DNA from: Chrysomallon squamiferum
Taxonomy: Eukaryota > Animalia > Mollusca
NCBI GenBank assembly: GCA_012295275.1
Contig: CM022672.1
Coordinates: forward strand, 26,350,001 to 26,414,000
Length of the DNA: 64,000 nucleotides
Direction of reading: 5' to 3'
The position numbers were made by a program, and so were the translations under genes. Positions 1 through 15,600 of this stretch are shown piece by piece. Numbering within the stretch: the stretch's first letter is position 1; each line of letters starts with the position of its first letter. Below the pieces are notes generated by a model, which was not told the origin of the DNA, searched no databases, and worked only from the letters and a program-made list of their open reading frames with translations.

Positions 1-376
1 TGTAATGATGAACTAGTATTTTTACTAACTATCTGCCAATTTAAACAGAATTTACATTATTTTATTTCACTTAATTATTATGATATAACTATAAATGATA
101 TTCATAGAACAGTCTGGGAAATCTTGGTTACGAAATCTTGATTTGAAAAAAATAATTATAAAAAATTAAATATATTTTAGAGATGCAAGAAATACTATAT
201 TTTTTCTGTTTCTGTCAGTTAGTTGTATTATTAACATTAAAATATATTTTTGGCTATTTCTGATAATGGTAAATGCAACAAAATATTAAAAGCTCCATGT
301 CAAAATGAATATATGATACATTTGAACATATTCTACATTATATTAGTCTCTTTCTCTTTTTTAAATAAAAATGTTT

Positions 377-420
<44 letters not shown>

Positions 421-3211
421 ATAACTAATATAAACTAAGATAAACTAAAAGTAGCAGAACTTTATAAAAGTTGGCACAAGAAAAATGAATGTGTGTGCAT
501 GTATTCACTGTGATGAAAATCACAGCATGTCAGTATGTGTGCTCTCCATCTAAAAATAAACATTGTCTTTCATTCATTTGTTTGTTTCCTTCTACAAATG
601 TGTCATGCTGTGAACAACAAAACACACTAATCAGTGAGATCTTGTTAGATGAGGCATTAAAACATTGACAAGTTTTTCAGTATAGGATTCTGTGTGATAC
701 TTTCTGTGTGTTACATTTTGGATAATACCTAAATAGTATAGCAAACCTGGCACACACCTCACTTATAATATACAACATCTGTGTGCCTTTCTGCTGTGTG
801 TACTGGAAATAGCTTTTTTTCCTCACGAACAAGTGGTATAGTTCATCAGTCTTGTGGTTAAGTAACAATGTTCATTTAGCTTGTAATGAAGAATCCTGTC
901 TGTTATGTTTCCCTGGAGTCTGTGAGGAATGATTAGAGTAAGTAAAGTTATATAATTTGGATTGCTTATTAGTTTGTTTTCTACAGACACCAGCCTGACA
1001 TAGGTCATTGTCTTGTTTGAAGAGATGCAGAGCTGGAGTAAAACTCAGAAACACATCATCATACCAAATAATAAAGATTGCATTAAACATAGTTCATATA
1101 TCAGATAAGTAAAATAATGTGAGCAGGGAAATAGATAGAAATACATTTAAAATTATTTTGTGTATCTCAACAGTAACACTGCTAACAGAAACAATAACAA
1201 AAATATCCTCAGAAATGTTTTTTTTTATATTAATTACAGTGCTTTCATGCCACAGAAAACTAAATAATTTTAATTAAATGTTTTCTTATATTGCTGACAT
1301 AAATGTCAATTTTACAGTTAACAGTAATATTCAGCTACATCAGTTGATGGAATTATTAAAAGTTATTTGATCTACAAATATAATTAAGTATTGATTTGTT
1401 GAACATTAATAGGTTATGTCATTACATATCATTAATTACCTTTCTTGGGGTTCTGTGTAATTACTGGGGAATCAGATTTGCTAAAAACAAACAAATAAAT
1501 ATGCTGTTAAGTGAAGTTTGTTTATTTCAGTTGTTTTATTAAAAGTGATGAAACCCAGTTTGTACGCCAACATTGTGTACATCTGTATTTTGGATTTGTT
1601 TAACTTTTCTTCTTGATTTTTTTTTTTTTAAATGAAAAGTAGCTAGTAGAATTCACTAGATAAACAACAATGAGTTTGAGAAGTGTTGTAAATACATGGC
1701 TCCATGTATATTTTAGTATCACTTGTTAGTTTGCACGTGTCCATTTCTCTTAGATCTAGGATAGGATCAATACTATCAACTTCTGTTTTTTGAATCTTAT
1801 CCATCTCAAACAACTTTTTCTTGTCTGATGTATACTAGTCTGTGGACCAGCTCTTCACAGTTCAATGTTTTCATACAATGCTTTAAAACTCTTCCTTATA
1901 CTTACTTTGCTTTTTGTATGTATTGGCACAAACTGGAAGGAAAAAAAATCCTTAAAAGAGTAAAAGCCACGTGTTTGTCAGCTCTTCAAGAAAATCATCT
2001 TAAAATAGTAGGATTCCAGTTTCTTGTTTAAATAGTGGATGAAATTAGTGTATGTTTATGTTTACAGGAGAGAGAGAGAAGGAGGAAAGGGAGAGAAAGA
2101 GAGAGAGAGAGTGTGTGTGTGTAAGCCCATAAATGCACGAGTGTGTATATGTATGTGATAAAGAGAGAGTGAATGACAATATATATGTGCATATTACAGA
2201 GCAGTGTATGTTCAGTAACAAAATAAAATAAAAATTATATATTGTATTGTTACATAAATGTTTATCAAGTTTAATTTTTACAGATATCTGTGTATGTCTT
2301 TGGAAGTCATTTGTTGCACTGGTTTCAGATTGTTACATTGTAAAAAAATGGATATAAAGATCTAGCATATATATATATCACCCACACACTTCCTGAGCAT
2401 TCCAAAGTCATCTTGGCATTTCTGTTGTAGATCTACCAAATCTTGGGTTAATGATTTATCAGTGGGGTGGCTTATGTAATAGATTCCTGCTGTGGCTGCA
2501 AACAACTTTCATATCATATGCCATTCTGAAAAGAAACTGATAAAAATAATGATTAATAATACACACAAACATGTGTGCCAATATTTCATACAGTTATTAA
2601 CTGGTTTGAGCAGTTTCTTCTGATAAATAATGAGAACCAAAAAATAGATACATCTCACAGATGCACCTGTTTGTGTGGCACCTTAATTAGTATTTTTCAC
2701 CTGTAATTTCTGATCATGGTCTGTTTTTTCAGTGAACATTTCGTTCAGTATTGTGTGATAAATCATTTCAGAGATAACGATACAAATCTAACATTAACAC
2801 ATACTTCACTATCCATATTTTCAACAGTATACATTTTTAAAGTTACTGCTAACCAAAATTTGGAAAATATAATTTTTTCAGACATTATCCTTAGTTCTTA
2901 TTCATTATTATTATTATATTTCCATCAGTTTTTAATACATCTGATATTTTATATATTTTCCCATATTTTTTATTATGATGAAACTCACAATAGTTTTTGA
3001 ATATTTAATATTTATGTTCTTGTCTAAAGACCAGTCCATTTTATTACGCAAAATGTAATGCTGTTCTGATTGTGCAAGTATGTCTGCTTATACTTTTAAT
3101 TTGTTTGGCAGATATTTTCTTTCACAGGAATACTTTTAAAAATCAAAAATATATTTTTTGTTAAAATGTAAGACATTATTCAGACAAGGCAAAATACTTT
3201 GTATTTTTCAG

Positions 3212-6200
3212 GAAGCAGGACCTTCGTGAACTAAAGATGTTACAGAAACAAGAAAACAAACAGTATCAGGACTTGATGTACAAGAATCATGTGAACAGGG
3301 AGGCACAGGAACGGAAGTTTGAAATGGACATGCAGGTAAGATGTCACAGATTTATTTTCTCTAAATACTCTGTAAATAAAAGAAAGGAAAAAAAAAATAA
3401 TAAAGCAGTAGGAACAGATTGAAAGAATGAATATGATTTTAGGAAATAAAAAAAAACTTTACAAATTTGTTCACACACATGCACACACACTCGCTTAAAA
3501 AAACACAAAAATAAGGTATAAAAATAATAAAATCCTTGAATATTTTTGTCATAAAATGTATAATTTATGCTTAGGAACCTTACAATTTAAAGTTAATAAA
3601 GAGCTGAATTGTACTGAGCAAGATAATGAGAGCTGTATGTATTTGTTTTGTTTTTAAGAACTTGATAAAGAACTTTGATCAAGACATGGATACTCTGACC
3701 AAACAACAGAAACAGCAGGTTGAGAAGGCAGAGTTGGCACAACAGCAGGATATGAAAAACACAGGACGTAAACTGAAAGCTGAACAGGTAGCACATTATG
3801 TTAAAACTTTGACTGTATGTTGTGCAAATTGTTTTATATCCAGTGTTACTGTTAGGATGGAAAAACATGGTACATAACAGAAAAAAAAAAAAAAAAAAAA
3901 AAAGGAAATTGTTTTATTAAAATAGCAACTCCAACCAAAGACAGCGTTACAGTTAATTAAATATTTCAATAAACAGAAAGAAAAAAGAAGAAAAAATGCA
4001 AATAAAAGCATCCCATATATTTCATTCCAAACAAATCAACATTACAGTAATGTAAAGTTTTATGAAATAAAGCCAGGTTTAACAGGTCATGTAAAAACAT
4101 GTTATGAATATATAAGATGCATTTTGTATGCCATGGACAGATAACAAAAATCAATGCCAAACAAAACCTTTACTACAATTCATAATTCAGTTTACAGTGC
4201 AGCATTTCATATTAAACATTAATACACCTCAGAATCAACAGACAAATGGAGGTATTTTGGTAATTTTATACACTCTCATTTTAAAAAATGTTTAGTTTTT
4301 GTAATACTTCAACTCTGTGATCCCTGTCCCCCACTGTTACTAGATAAAACAATTTTAGTTGCTTAGTGAAACTAATTTTGTTTGGTCTCTTCTAGGTTAT
4401 CTGTTTTCAGTACAAAACTGATTACTCCTGCCAATGGTTATATTTCTGTTTACATAATTAGTAAAGAAAGATAATAAATCAAAACTGCAAACAATAATTA
4501 TAAAAATGAAAATATTTAAATAATAATAATAAGAAGACAAAGGAAATAAATAAATGTTTTAAATCAGTAATAACAACAACAAAAATAGCAGTGTTTAAAT
4601 CCAGTAATATAAATAAATAATTCTGAAGTCATAGAAAGAAAAATAAAAATATTTTATTTTTATTTTAAATCAATAATCATAATTAATAACTGAATAGATA
4701 TTATTAAAACTGATAAAGAATAACTAGAAATTTTATTTAACATTTCACATTACTGCAGAGGAACAGAATTATTTTATCAGTCCTAAACACTCATGTTCAT
4801 ACTTTAAGAAGTTGTTGTTCAACACACCACTTTTTTCCACATATTACTTAACAGGATGGATGTAACAGATGTCCAGAACAGCTATTTTCATTACAAAAAT
4901 GTTACATTTAAATATCTGCATGAACTGAAAGTCAACAAATGTTAGCTATTGAGAATAAAAGTAAATATTTCTTATAAAGTTATTAATATCTACCAGTTTT
5001 TGTCTACAAAAGAAAGCTGGCTGATAATAAAGTGATGTGATCTGTTGAACTGATTTTCCTATTTAATCATACAGTTAATTTATTAGTTCATCCTGTTCAC
5101 ACAAAAACTGAGATTCTGCCTGGAGTTGTACCTGTTACACACTTCACAGTTTGTTACTGTATTTGTAATCTTTGAATACGTTTTTGTAATTTATTATTTT
5201 TTTCATTCATTATTATTATTTTTTTTTTTTTCATGATTCTGTCTAATTTTAGGAAAGAGAATTAAAAATATTTCGAGATCAGCAGAAGGAAGAATTGAAA
5301 CTTTTGAAGAAAGAACTGGATTTGCTTCCAAAAGACAACAAGAAAGAAGCAATGAGAAAGAAAAGAGAAGCTAAGGAAATTGAACTTGCTGAAAAGGTAA
5401 TATCTTTTTATATATATATATATATATATAAATTGTTTTGTTATTCTCTGTCACATTTGGCTATAATAGATAAATTACATAGTAGGTGATTTCAGATGAT
5501 GTAGCTTTGCTGATCATATGTGAAACATTAATTTTTTTATTTGTTATACTTTATAAATCCTTTTCATCTCATTAAATTAGACAAACTTAATATTTTTTTA
5601 ACTCATTTCTGAAATATTGACTAAATCTTATTTAATCATTTATTATCAAAAGGTTTATAGTGCATGTGATGATATCATTAATAATGAAAATAAAAATGTT
5701 GTAATTCATGTAGCTCCTAATCTAAAGAAATGGATTGTGGTCCAGTTGGAATTATAACTTTAAAACAAAAAAATATTTAAAAATTTAATATTTATTTTTT
5801 TAAATCAGTTTTTTAAAACAGAAATATTAAAAAAATTAAATTCTTCCTTTAGATCCAATGTATTTCACAAATGATAAATATATTTGACTTTAAGATTTGT
5901 AAAATGTTTGTTCTACAAACTGTTATAATTGTTGTATATGTTACATTTATATGATGCAGGAACGAATATTTCTTGAAAACCAGCAAGAACGACTTGACAA
6001 GCACATGAAGCAGCTAGCCGATCAACACAGACAGAAGATTGCCATGTTAGAGAGGCAGTTCTTACAGCAGAAACAGCAGCTACTTAGAGGTAAATGTCAT
6101 CCAAGTGATTTTGTGTATGGAAAAATAGAGTATTATTATCATTCAGTGTAATTTTACTGCTTAAGAAAGTTAAATATTTACATTCATGAAGGCTGCATTT

Positions 6201-8187
6201 TTAATAGTCAAATATTAGTTATTTGGAATTGGAATCTGAAAATGCTTGAGATGAAAATTTAAAAGAAAACTTGTATTCAAAAATATTTAGAAAATATTAT
6301 CATTATATTTTGAGTTGTTTTAATAAGGAAATGGGTGTAAATGTGAATTGTTTCTATTTTTATACAGCACGTGAGGCAGCCATTTGGGAAATGGAGAAGG
6401 AACAACTTCATGAGAAACACCAGCTGGCCAAGGGTCAACTTAAAGACATGTTCTTCCTCAAGAGGCATCAGATGTTGACTCGACATCAGAAGGTAAAACT
6501 ACATTCAGTCTACACTGACAGCAAAGTCAGTACTAACTCATGATTCATGATTAGTAACAGAATTTTGGTTAATCATGTTGCAAATACTTAAATTGTTACT
6601 GTTATTATTAATCTTTTACTGATTTTTGATTTAAACAGAATGTCAGAGCAATATCTTTTTTTCATTTTTCAAACAATGGAAAATAAAGTGTGTATGGTAG
6701 ATTTGATTTATAGTTTAAATGTTGCTTGAATTTGATTATTATAGGGTTATAAACTCACTATAATATATAAAAAAAGAAAAAAAAAGCATCAGTTGGCTGT
6801 TTTGTTTCGTATTTCATAATTTATAAGTTTTAAAATTATTAACAACACAGGAACTTGATCAGATGAAGAGATACAATTCCACAAAGGAAAATGAAATGAA
6901 AGAACGTCACTCTCTGGAAAAACGACGTCTTCCTAAGATTCTGAAAAGTGAAGCCAAGACTCGAGCTCAGATGTTCAAGCAGAGTCTGAGACTGAGTACA
7001 ATAGGCACACCAGAAGATGACAAAGTGAAAATAAAACAGGTTAGTATGTGTAATAGACAGATCATCAAGTAATAACACAGTGTCAAGCTAAAATTACATC
7101 GTACACGCTTTTAACATTTTTTTTTTTTAGGAATGAATGATTTATTTTTTTATTATAAATTAAATAATTCAATTGAGTTATTATTTTATCACTTATGTGA
7201 AATAAAGTCAGTAACAAAAAATGTTAAAAATAATTAATAAATATTAAATACTTTTAAGACAGGGGAATATTCATTTCAGATGGATTGTGTAATGTTACTA
7301 CCACTACTGATTCCATTTAGAGTTATCTCCCATTCTGTATTATATATTTCTGAAAATAGAGATAACTCTAGAAGTGGCAGTGAATATTTTTTTGTTTTTG
7401 TTGCTTATTATTCCAGTAATTAGGAATATAAAACCAATAAGTATGAAGCAAAAGTTAAATAAATTCACATCTTAAAATTTTAGATAATAACATCAATCTC
7501 AAAGACTGAATTTAAATAAATAATTTAATGTGGTATTAATTATTACTTTGGTTAATGCATTTCTTTAATTAATTGTTACAGTCTTTTACTATTTTGCATT
7601 TTTAATCATGTTATTTATGTATCTGAATATGGAATGGTGTTTTTCCTTTGTTCACTGTTACTAATTTTTGTTATGTTCATGTATTTCAGTTTCACTCTTT
7701 TGTTATGTCTATATAATTCATTTTTACTCATTTTTGTTATGTATGTATATATATATATATACTTCAGTTTGAAGAAACTGAGAAAAAGAGGATGAAAGCT
7801 GAGGCACAGAGACAGGAAGCTAAACATAAGAAACAATGGGAAGAGTTGATTTTCAGAAATGAAACAGCTTTACGGGAATTAGAACAACTTCAGGTATTGT
7901 TGAAACAAAATTATATTATAGATAATATGAAACATTTAGATCAAATCCATTTTTATTTCTTAGATTTTCTTAATATTTTGACATTTCAGTTACATATTAA
8001 AGAAATTAAGTTAAAATAATTATGAAATTAAATTGCAGGCTGAAAAACGAAAAATGCTAATGGAGCAAGAAACACAGAAAATCAAGGAGTTGGATGAACA
8101 GTATTCAAATGAACTCCGGGAATGGAAGGGAAATTTAGTACCAAGGAAACAGGTAACTACATATTTAAAAAAAAAAAAAAATAATAT

Positions 8188-8234
<47 letters not shown>

Positions 8235-8653
8235 TTTTATTTTTCTTATATTTGTTCTATTATGCAAAAATACTTATAATCCACTTTAAAGAAGGTTAAA
8301 AATATAATGGTTTCTGTTTTACATAATTTTAATTTGATATTATGATTGTTCATACCATTTGGAAATGGAAGCCATTTTTGTTACAATGCAGTTTCAGAAG
8401 TTCTTTATTTCTTTAGTGTATTTGTAGATAAATTTTTCTTTTCAAATTAAAACAGAAATTTATTTTCATTTGATTGTTTTGACAGAAACTCGAAGAAGAG
8501 TTTGCTCGTCAGCGTGAAGAACAAGAAAAGTTTTATGGTGCAATCGTGATGGGAGATGCAGATCCCCCTCCCCCTGGCTATTCGAGGACACCGCAGCCTT
8601 CTATGCGAAGCAGGGAGGAGACACTTCAGTCTCGACACTCCACTGTCATATAA
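3212..8653 (+). CDS. SLK: SLK/STK10 (Slik)-family Ste20-like kinase, C-terminal coiled-coil (PKK) region; last 9 coding exons, kinase domain lies upstream of the window
   Basis: GT-AG exons 3212-3335, 3659-3787, 5253-5396, 5960-6089, 6368-6492, 6851-7039, 7768-7893, 8039-8152 and 8486-8653 (TAA 8651-8653) join in frame. Peptides [90 protein letters not shown] and [19 protein letters not shown] match the SLK/STK10/Slik C-terminal coiled coil as recalled. Confidence 0.93.
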
Positions 8654-9670
8654 TAGAATCTTCACTTGTTTATATAGGATGTACATACTTTCTCTTATAG
8701 ACTGTGATGCACTTTCGTAAACATTTGTGAATTAGAAAAGAGTTTTCAGGCTGTTCTCAGTAACAGGTATACATATGGATGCCAATAAGAGAAGCAAAAT
8801 GTGGCTTATATTTCAGAAGTGCCCTCATTTTTAAAGTGTCGAATATAACAAATAACAAAAAAAAAGATTTTTAGTATTAGAAATTATGCTTATTATTTGT
8901 ATCTGGATGTATTTAGAGTCAGATTGTTATTATACAACCGATTTCATCAGGATTTTTTTAAGTTGTCTGTGGAAATGATAAAGAAGTCTAACATTTCTTG
9001 ACTGGACAGGCATTCATGTTTCTGTACTAATCAGAACAAAAATTATGCATAAATGAAACTAATTCAAGGGAAATTACTTCTGATAAAAGACAAAAACATA
9101 CAAACATAATGAAATTGTGGGGTGAATTATTTTCTTTTTTAACCCCATAACATATCTATTTTTTCTTGTCTTATTGTTATTTTCTTTTTATTAACAAAAA
9201 TTGTTGGTCGATGGAATAAAATTATATTTATTAGCTGTAAGAAACCAAATTAGATATGAAGTATGAGAGTGAATTCAGATTAGCATTTTTGTACATACTT
9301 TAAATATTGTAGACATTTTTAATGAAGATTTGTTACAAACTAGGCACACAGGTGTGCACTAGTGATTTCAGTGATGCTTGTGTTAATTTTAATTTTATGA
9401 AACAAAGATCTTTTACTTTTATGAAAAAGAAAATGTATATACAAATAGAAATGTTTTGGGGAATTTAGAATTAATGACATTAGAAAACAGAATTAAGAGA
9501 TAACTGTTTCAGAAGTGAAATGCTAATACTGGAGAAAAGGTTTATAAAAATATTTCAAAAAAATAAAATATGCTAGTTACTCTATAATAACATGTTTAGA
9601 GGAAAATTGGTTCTAATTGAATGAAAAAACCATCATATTCTAAAATATTGATAAATGAATGACTTGTTTA

Positions 9671-12600
9671 CTGGTGATGTACATATGAATTATCAGCGAT
9701 CTTTACCCAGGAAGATATTTCTGTCATCTGACAGAGGAAACTTTGGAAAGAGATATAGATTTAATGACTTCACTATATATATCTGTTAATTGGTTGTGCT
9801 TAGCATTAATGTTTTGTGTACATTTATGAGTGATAAGTATGTCAGGTTGAGAGGTATGTTCTGCAAGTGTTGGTGAAAATGAAAACATGATTATCACTGT
9901 AATTTTCATTCCATGTCAATGTATATTTTTGATCTCTTTGTGTTTTAGACTGAACATTTAAGTAATATATTGTGTTTGGTAACATCAAGAAAGGCGAGAC
10001 AATTCCACCTCAGAAAATAAATTCTGTCTGTAGTAAAGTTCTGGACATAATGTAGACGACTACCAAAAGAAAGATAAGAAAAAGAATTCAACTCACAGTA
10101 AGGTTACTGTTGATCATGTTAAGACAGGATTTTCCTATATGACTGGAAATTTTTAGTTAACAAAACATTTATTTATTTATTTATTTATTTATTTATTTTA
10201 TTTTATTTTATTTTATTTTATTTTATTATTATTATTTTTTATTTTATTATTAATATATAATGTTTTTTAAATTTCTGTTTGTAAGTATTTTAAGATATTT
10301 TACAGTATTTGTATTTATTAATTTTATTATGTAAATTTTAAATTAGAACAACACCTAAACATAACACCAACAACTACTGTATTGTTATAATTCAGTTATA
10401 AAATACTTTAAATACAGAGAAAGGTGGTCCAGTGAAGCAACAAAAATGGTGGTGTTTTTTTGTTGTTTTTTTGGTGAATATGTATATTTGGAATTTTTTT
10501 TCTCAGGTGTATATGTTTTCATATTGTGAATTGTCCAGACAGCTTGCCATATAGCAGTGTAACTGATTTAGAAATTTTAGAGTTGTAGCTGTTGCTTTCT
10601 TTCTGTCTTTTATTATTATCACAATTTGTTTTTCTTTTTCACTTTTTGTTTTCAGTGATAATTAAACTGATTATTTTTTCAATGCTGTAGCATTTTTTAA
10701 TTCATATTTGTTGTCTTAAAACAATAATTTGATAGATTTTGTACTCTAGGGATAAAATAGTGAGGCTGAAATGAAAGTAAAGTGAGAGACACAATAATTT
10801 TCTGAATCCTGCTTGTTCTGCTAACAATTTCAAGCTTTGAAAATATAATAATTGACTAATCTACCATAGATTTGTTGATTTTAATGGCAGTTATGAATAT
10901 TTTTCTTTTTTGTTGTTTTGGGATATTTTATTAAGACAATTTTCCTTTATTTTATGCATGCATGATAAATGAACTAAGAAATGTGCAAGTTTAGTACTTT
11001 CTTAACAGTACATTGTATACATACTGTGTTTGATGTGTCATCATGCAGAGGATGTACTTTGTTTTTTGTCATTCATGTTCATTTACAAATAAAAACTAAA
11101 AATAACATTATTACTACTTATTATTTTCTCAATCCTTTCCATCTTTATTCCCTCTACACTGTTTCCATACACACTGAATTATATATTTTGAAAAGTAGTA
11201 TTACTAATTGTATATTTGTGCAGAATCTTTATTCTTTTTGTTTGTATTTTTTTGTTTTTTTTTGATGATTATTCGAAGGGTAGTTTGAATTGTGTATTAA
11301 TACTCTGTATATTTATGATCACGATTACAATATTGATTATGTTACCCAGAGATAATAACTGTATAAATTTGGTAGTTTGCTGTACAGTTTGTATTACATT
11401 GTGATGTTAGATTCCTTTTTCTTTTCTTTCTTTTTTTGTGTGTGTATTTCTTTTTTCATTTTATTAACCAGTACTAACCAAATGCACAGAAAGTAATAAT
11501 GGAAGAGCCTGTAGATTGTTCCTTCAGCCAGTGTGTTGGATAGAATATATATTATTTGAAGAATTATAATATTAGTTAATTTCTCATCATGGAGAAAAAC
11601 TTCCGAAGTAGATTATTTAACATGTTTGACTTTCTGTTTTTCGTTACGTTTATTTTTTCTTTTGTTTTAGAAAATATTTAAGCACAATTGATGAATAAGC
11701 ACAGCTGATGTTACTTATTTTAGAAGAAGACAAATAAAATATAAGAACTGTGTTCGCCGTTTTACAGGCTTAATTTAGATTATTTTATTTCAGTTTAAAA
11801 CTTTCCAGTGTATTTGTCTTAAGTGGATACACTCATCAATACTATATTATTTCATCCCTTACTATAAACACTTTGAATGTCAACTTTAAAGACTGTTCAT
11901 CATTTAAGGAAGACTAAAATGCAAAACAAAGTACAAAATAAGTAAAAACAAAAATAGTGAGAAAATGGTCCTGTATGGGTGGATATTGTATTTCTACAGC
12001 AGTTTGATAATGACTGTTAAATTCTGCTACTAGAGTGAAATCGAACTAATGTAGATCCAAACTCTTGATAATGTAAAGTGTAGGGTCATGTAATATTGAT
12101 TGAGCTGGATAATTGTATGAAAGAGAAGGCCTAAAAAAAAAGAAGCCAAATACTGTTAATGTGTGTAACTAAATTGACTAAATTCACATTATGGGAAGAT
12201 AAAGTAAAGAAGTAAGTGAGGCTAATTATCATCATGTCTGAATTTTTATTATTTCAAAACAATAATAAGAGATCAATAGCAAAATCAACTGTTCATTACA
12301 AATTATGAAATAATGACATTTTTCTTACAAATTTAGATAAACTTTACCAAACACAATCAGCATGAATCATTGTTCTGCAGTCATTATTATACAACAGAAA
12401 TGTTTCAAGTTTTGTTTTGTTTTGGTAATATTAATATGCAGTATGTTTTTTTTGTTTTTTTTTAAAAAGAAGAAATTAATAGTAAATTAGTAATTTGAAT
12501 AAAATGTTTGGGTGGTTTGGACCTCCTAAAACTATTTCAGTTACTTAATCATTTTAACTTGCTCGTTCACACTATATAGTTTTCTGCAAATCTTTTTTTT

Positions 12601-15600
12601 TTTCTCTAAGTTTTCATACCTATCTTTCATACAGTACTAAGCTTTTTGAATTATCAAAAATATTATAAAAAATACTTGTATTTTCTGTTTAACAAAGATG
12701 TTAAGGTCAGACAAATGAATGTAACTGATATTTCAATGCAGTGTTTTGTGTTTTACCACTATATTTTATAGCTGACGTTTACTAAACATTGTTTTATAAA
12801 GCTTCTTACATATCTACAGATATGTTTAATGTCACTGGATCTTCCTATAATAAACATTATCATCACATCTGTTGGTTATTTTTATTTTTTTCTATTTTTT
12901 TTTATAATGGATAAAACTTGCTGTATTAGTAAGCTGGTATTTAAATAGTACAGTAGATTTTAAAATTAAATTTGTGTATCAATGTTTTAAACTATATTCA
13001 AGATCTTTCAATGGATTTTTTTAAAAAAGCACAGAACTTGTAATTTACTTATTCACTTTTATTTCTCTACCATTTTAAAATACATTGAGAAAGTGTTTTC
13101 AAAAGGATAATATAAGGCAGTGACTAAGCATTTGTCTAAAAAGAAAGTTGAGTTACATATCCTGTAACATTATAATCTAAACTGTGGTATGTGCTTTCCT
13201 CCATTGGGAAAATTTATAAAACACCTCTAATCTATAAAAATATTTTGTTGACAGTACCTCAATTCTAATATGATGATACTTGATAATCATAAACAACAGG
13301 AGTGGATAACTGGTGGTTTCTCATTGTCACAGAACCCATTACTCAGTAAATATATGTGTGTGTGTATGTATAAATTTGATGTTAAGGTGTGTACCCTCAT
13401 GCTCTAAATGACATTCCAGCTGAAGTTGGATGACAGTTTCACATCTTGCTTTGCTCATGCAATGGACATGGGGGAAAATAACTGTAAAATTTATCATTTC
13501 AAATCATAAACATCTACATATTGTTTCAGAACCTTCCCCTTAGCTAAAGTATAATCCATCACTGAATAATTACAAAAGGTATTGGACATTAGTATATCCT
13601 ATATTTGCCAACATTTTTATGAGTAAAAATAATCTTCATCTTTTATCAATGATTTTCAGATGATTTTCAAACCAATTTTCATAACTTCAAACAGAATAAA
13701 GTATATTTAGTATTTTATACCTGTTTTAATACTTTTTTTGGCACAACTTAAATAAAATGTAATCCAAAACCACATGAATTATTAAATTAATTAATTTAAT
13801 AAATAAATGTTCATTAACCAGAAAAATTATGTTATGAATTTGTCACTAAACTGGAGATCAAGAAGACTTTTAAAAGATTTTAATTACTTATGTTTGAAAA
13901 TAAATTAAAAATACTTTTTTTTTTTTAATAGATTAACTTTATGTCATGGAGATGCAACTAATAAATCATTGTCAGTTTTTGAAACAAGATCAGACTTAAC
14001 ATATACTACGATGTATTACTAAGATGATATGCAATAAAGGATACTCAGCAAACAGCCACTACTATTAAAAGAATGAAACGATCATTGACCCCAACTGGTT
14101 TATCTGTTATCGTTCCAGAATTTGTAGTGTTCAAGTCTTCTGAATCAAACCTGACTCTTCAAATAACATAATAAAATAAATAAACAATAAATGATAGGAC
14201 CTTTCTTGAGCTAATGATGTTACATTAATAATATTGTATGTTAAGTCACATTATATCTGTCCCTTCACACCAAAATCCTGGTTGTGAAATCACTAGACCA
14301 AGATTCTTTTTTCTTATCATTTCAAGTAAAGCAATTGTTTCAGTTCACAACCTGTTGTTTATGCTCACATCATTGTTCATTCACAAATGCTTATCTAAAA
14401 TACAGTCAATCACATGGTTACTTGTTCTTTTGTCATCAGATTCATCATTACCCACATTTATAAAGCTATAAAAATAAGCATAGATTGAAATTCTGTTGTA
14501 TGCATTGTTACATAAAACACTTCTTTCTTACAGTTTCATAATTTTATGCTAGTTCTTTTATCCTCAGACATCAGCTTTGAATATAAACTATATTTTATGT
14601 CATGTATATATTATAAAACTGATGTTATCATCTATTTAGAAAAATAATATGAATTTAAAATTAAAAAAAACTACCAGTATAAGACAAGAAAATATGTATA
14701 TTGGAACAAAATTATGTATTTTTAACAAATAAACAGTGAAATTTAGGCATGTGATAACTTTGGGTCTCAACATAAAGAGGCTTAAATTATAATTTTTCTT
14801 AATTTATTAGAATTATTATAATTTATATTTAACTAACAAGTAAATTATATTAATTAACATCTGCTAAATAACAATTAACAGAAAATAAATAAATAAATAT
14901 AAAAATATAAAGCAGAAAATAAACGTTTATCCTCATCAGATAAAACTAAACTGCAATATTATTTTTCTATATATCCGTGCGTGACTTGAGGTAATATTAA
15001 AATTATCATCATTATTATTATTATGTATACTACATCACTAAAAGGGTATTATTGTACTATATTATCTATGTTATAACGTTACGTGGGCAGAATACGAATC
15101 GAGTCAAACGTATTTAAGTTACTTGGAATAAAGAACAGTATTATTTTAATCCATGGAAGAGAAGGATATCTGAACTAATTAAGTAACAGCCGTCGGAGCG
15201 AGAATGTCGACATTTGATTAAAAAAAGAAAAAAAAAGAAAAAAAAGAAAACAACTTTGAAAAAGCACATAATATTTTTTGAAACAGACACAAATCTGAAA
15301 TAAGCGAGTAATTCCCCTTTGAGCACTGCCTACCAACAAAGACTTGTGGGTAATTTCTAGCAAGTGTCCGCCATATTTGTTGGAATGTCTTAAGTTGACA
15401 GCTATTGTTAATGTGGCTGCTAAAGTATTACTTGAGCTCTGAATAGTTACTAACCAGTCATTCTTTTTCAATCGGGTGCCTAACCCACTAAAATGAGTGC
15501 AGTAGACAGCAAAAAATCGAAGCGACGAAAGAACAAGTCAACGGTTGTCAAAACGAATGCATCGAGTTCCAGTGCCAATGGCCCCGTCTCAAATGATGTT

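Noticed and set aside
1-3211. Short ORFs and possible upstream SLK exons
   Set aside because: No recognisable SLK peptide or convincing splice pair; ORF 250..438 depends on a poly(A) run. Treated as intron.
14245-14465. In-frame TGA codons suggesting a selenoprotein on the minus strand
   Set aside because: No SECIS seen, neighbouring blocks contain TAA stops, and the acceptor AG is lost in copy B.
9724-14471. ORFs of 61-94 aa that recur almost identically in both copies
   Set aside because: Recurrence reflects the recent duplication only; composition is typical of translated AT-rich non-coding DNA.
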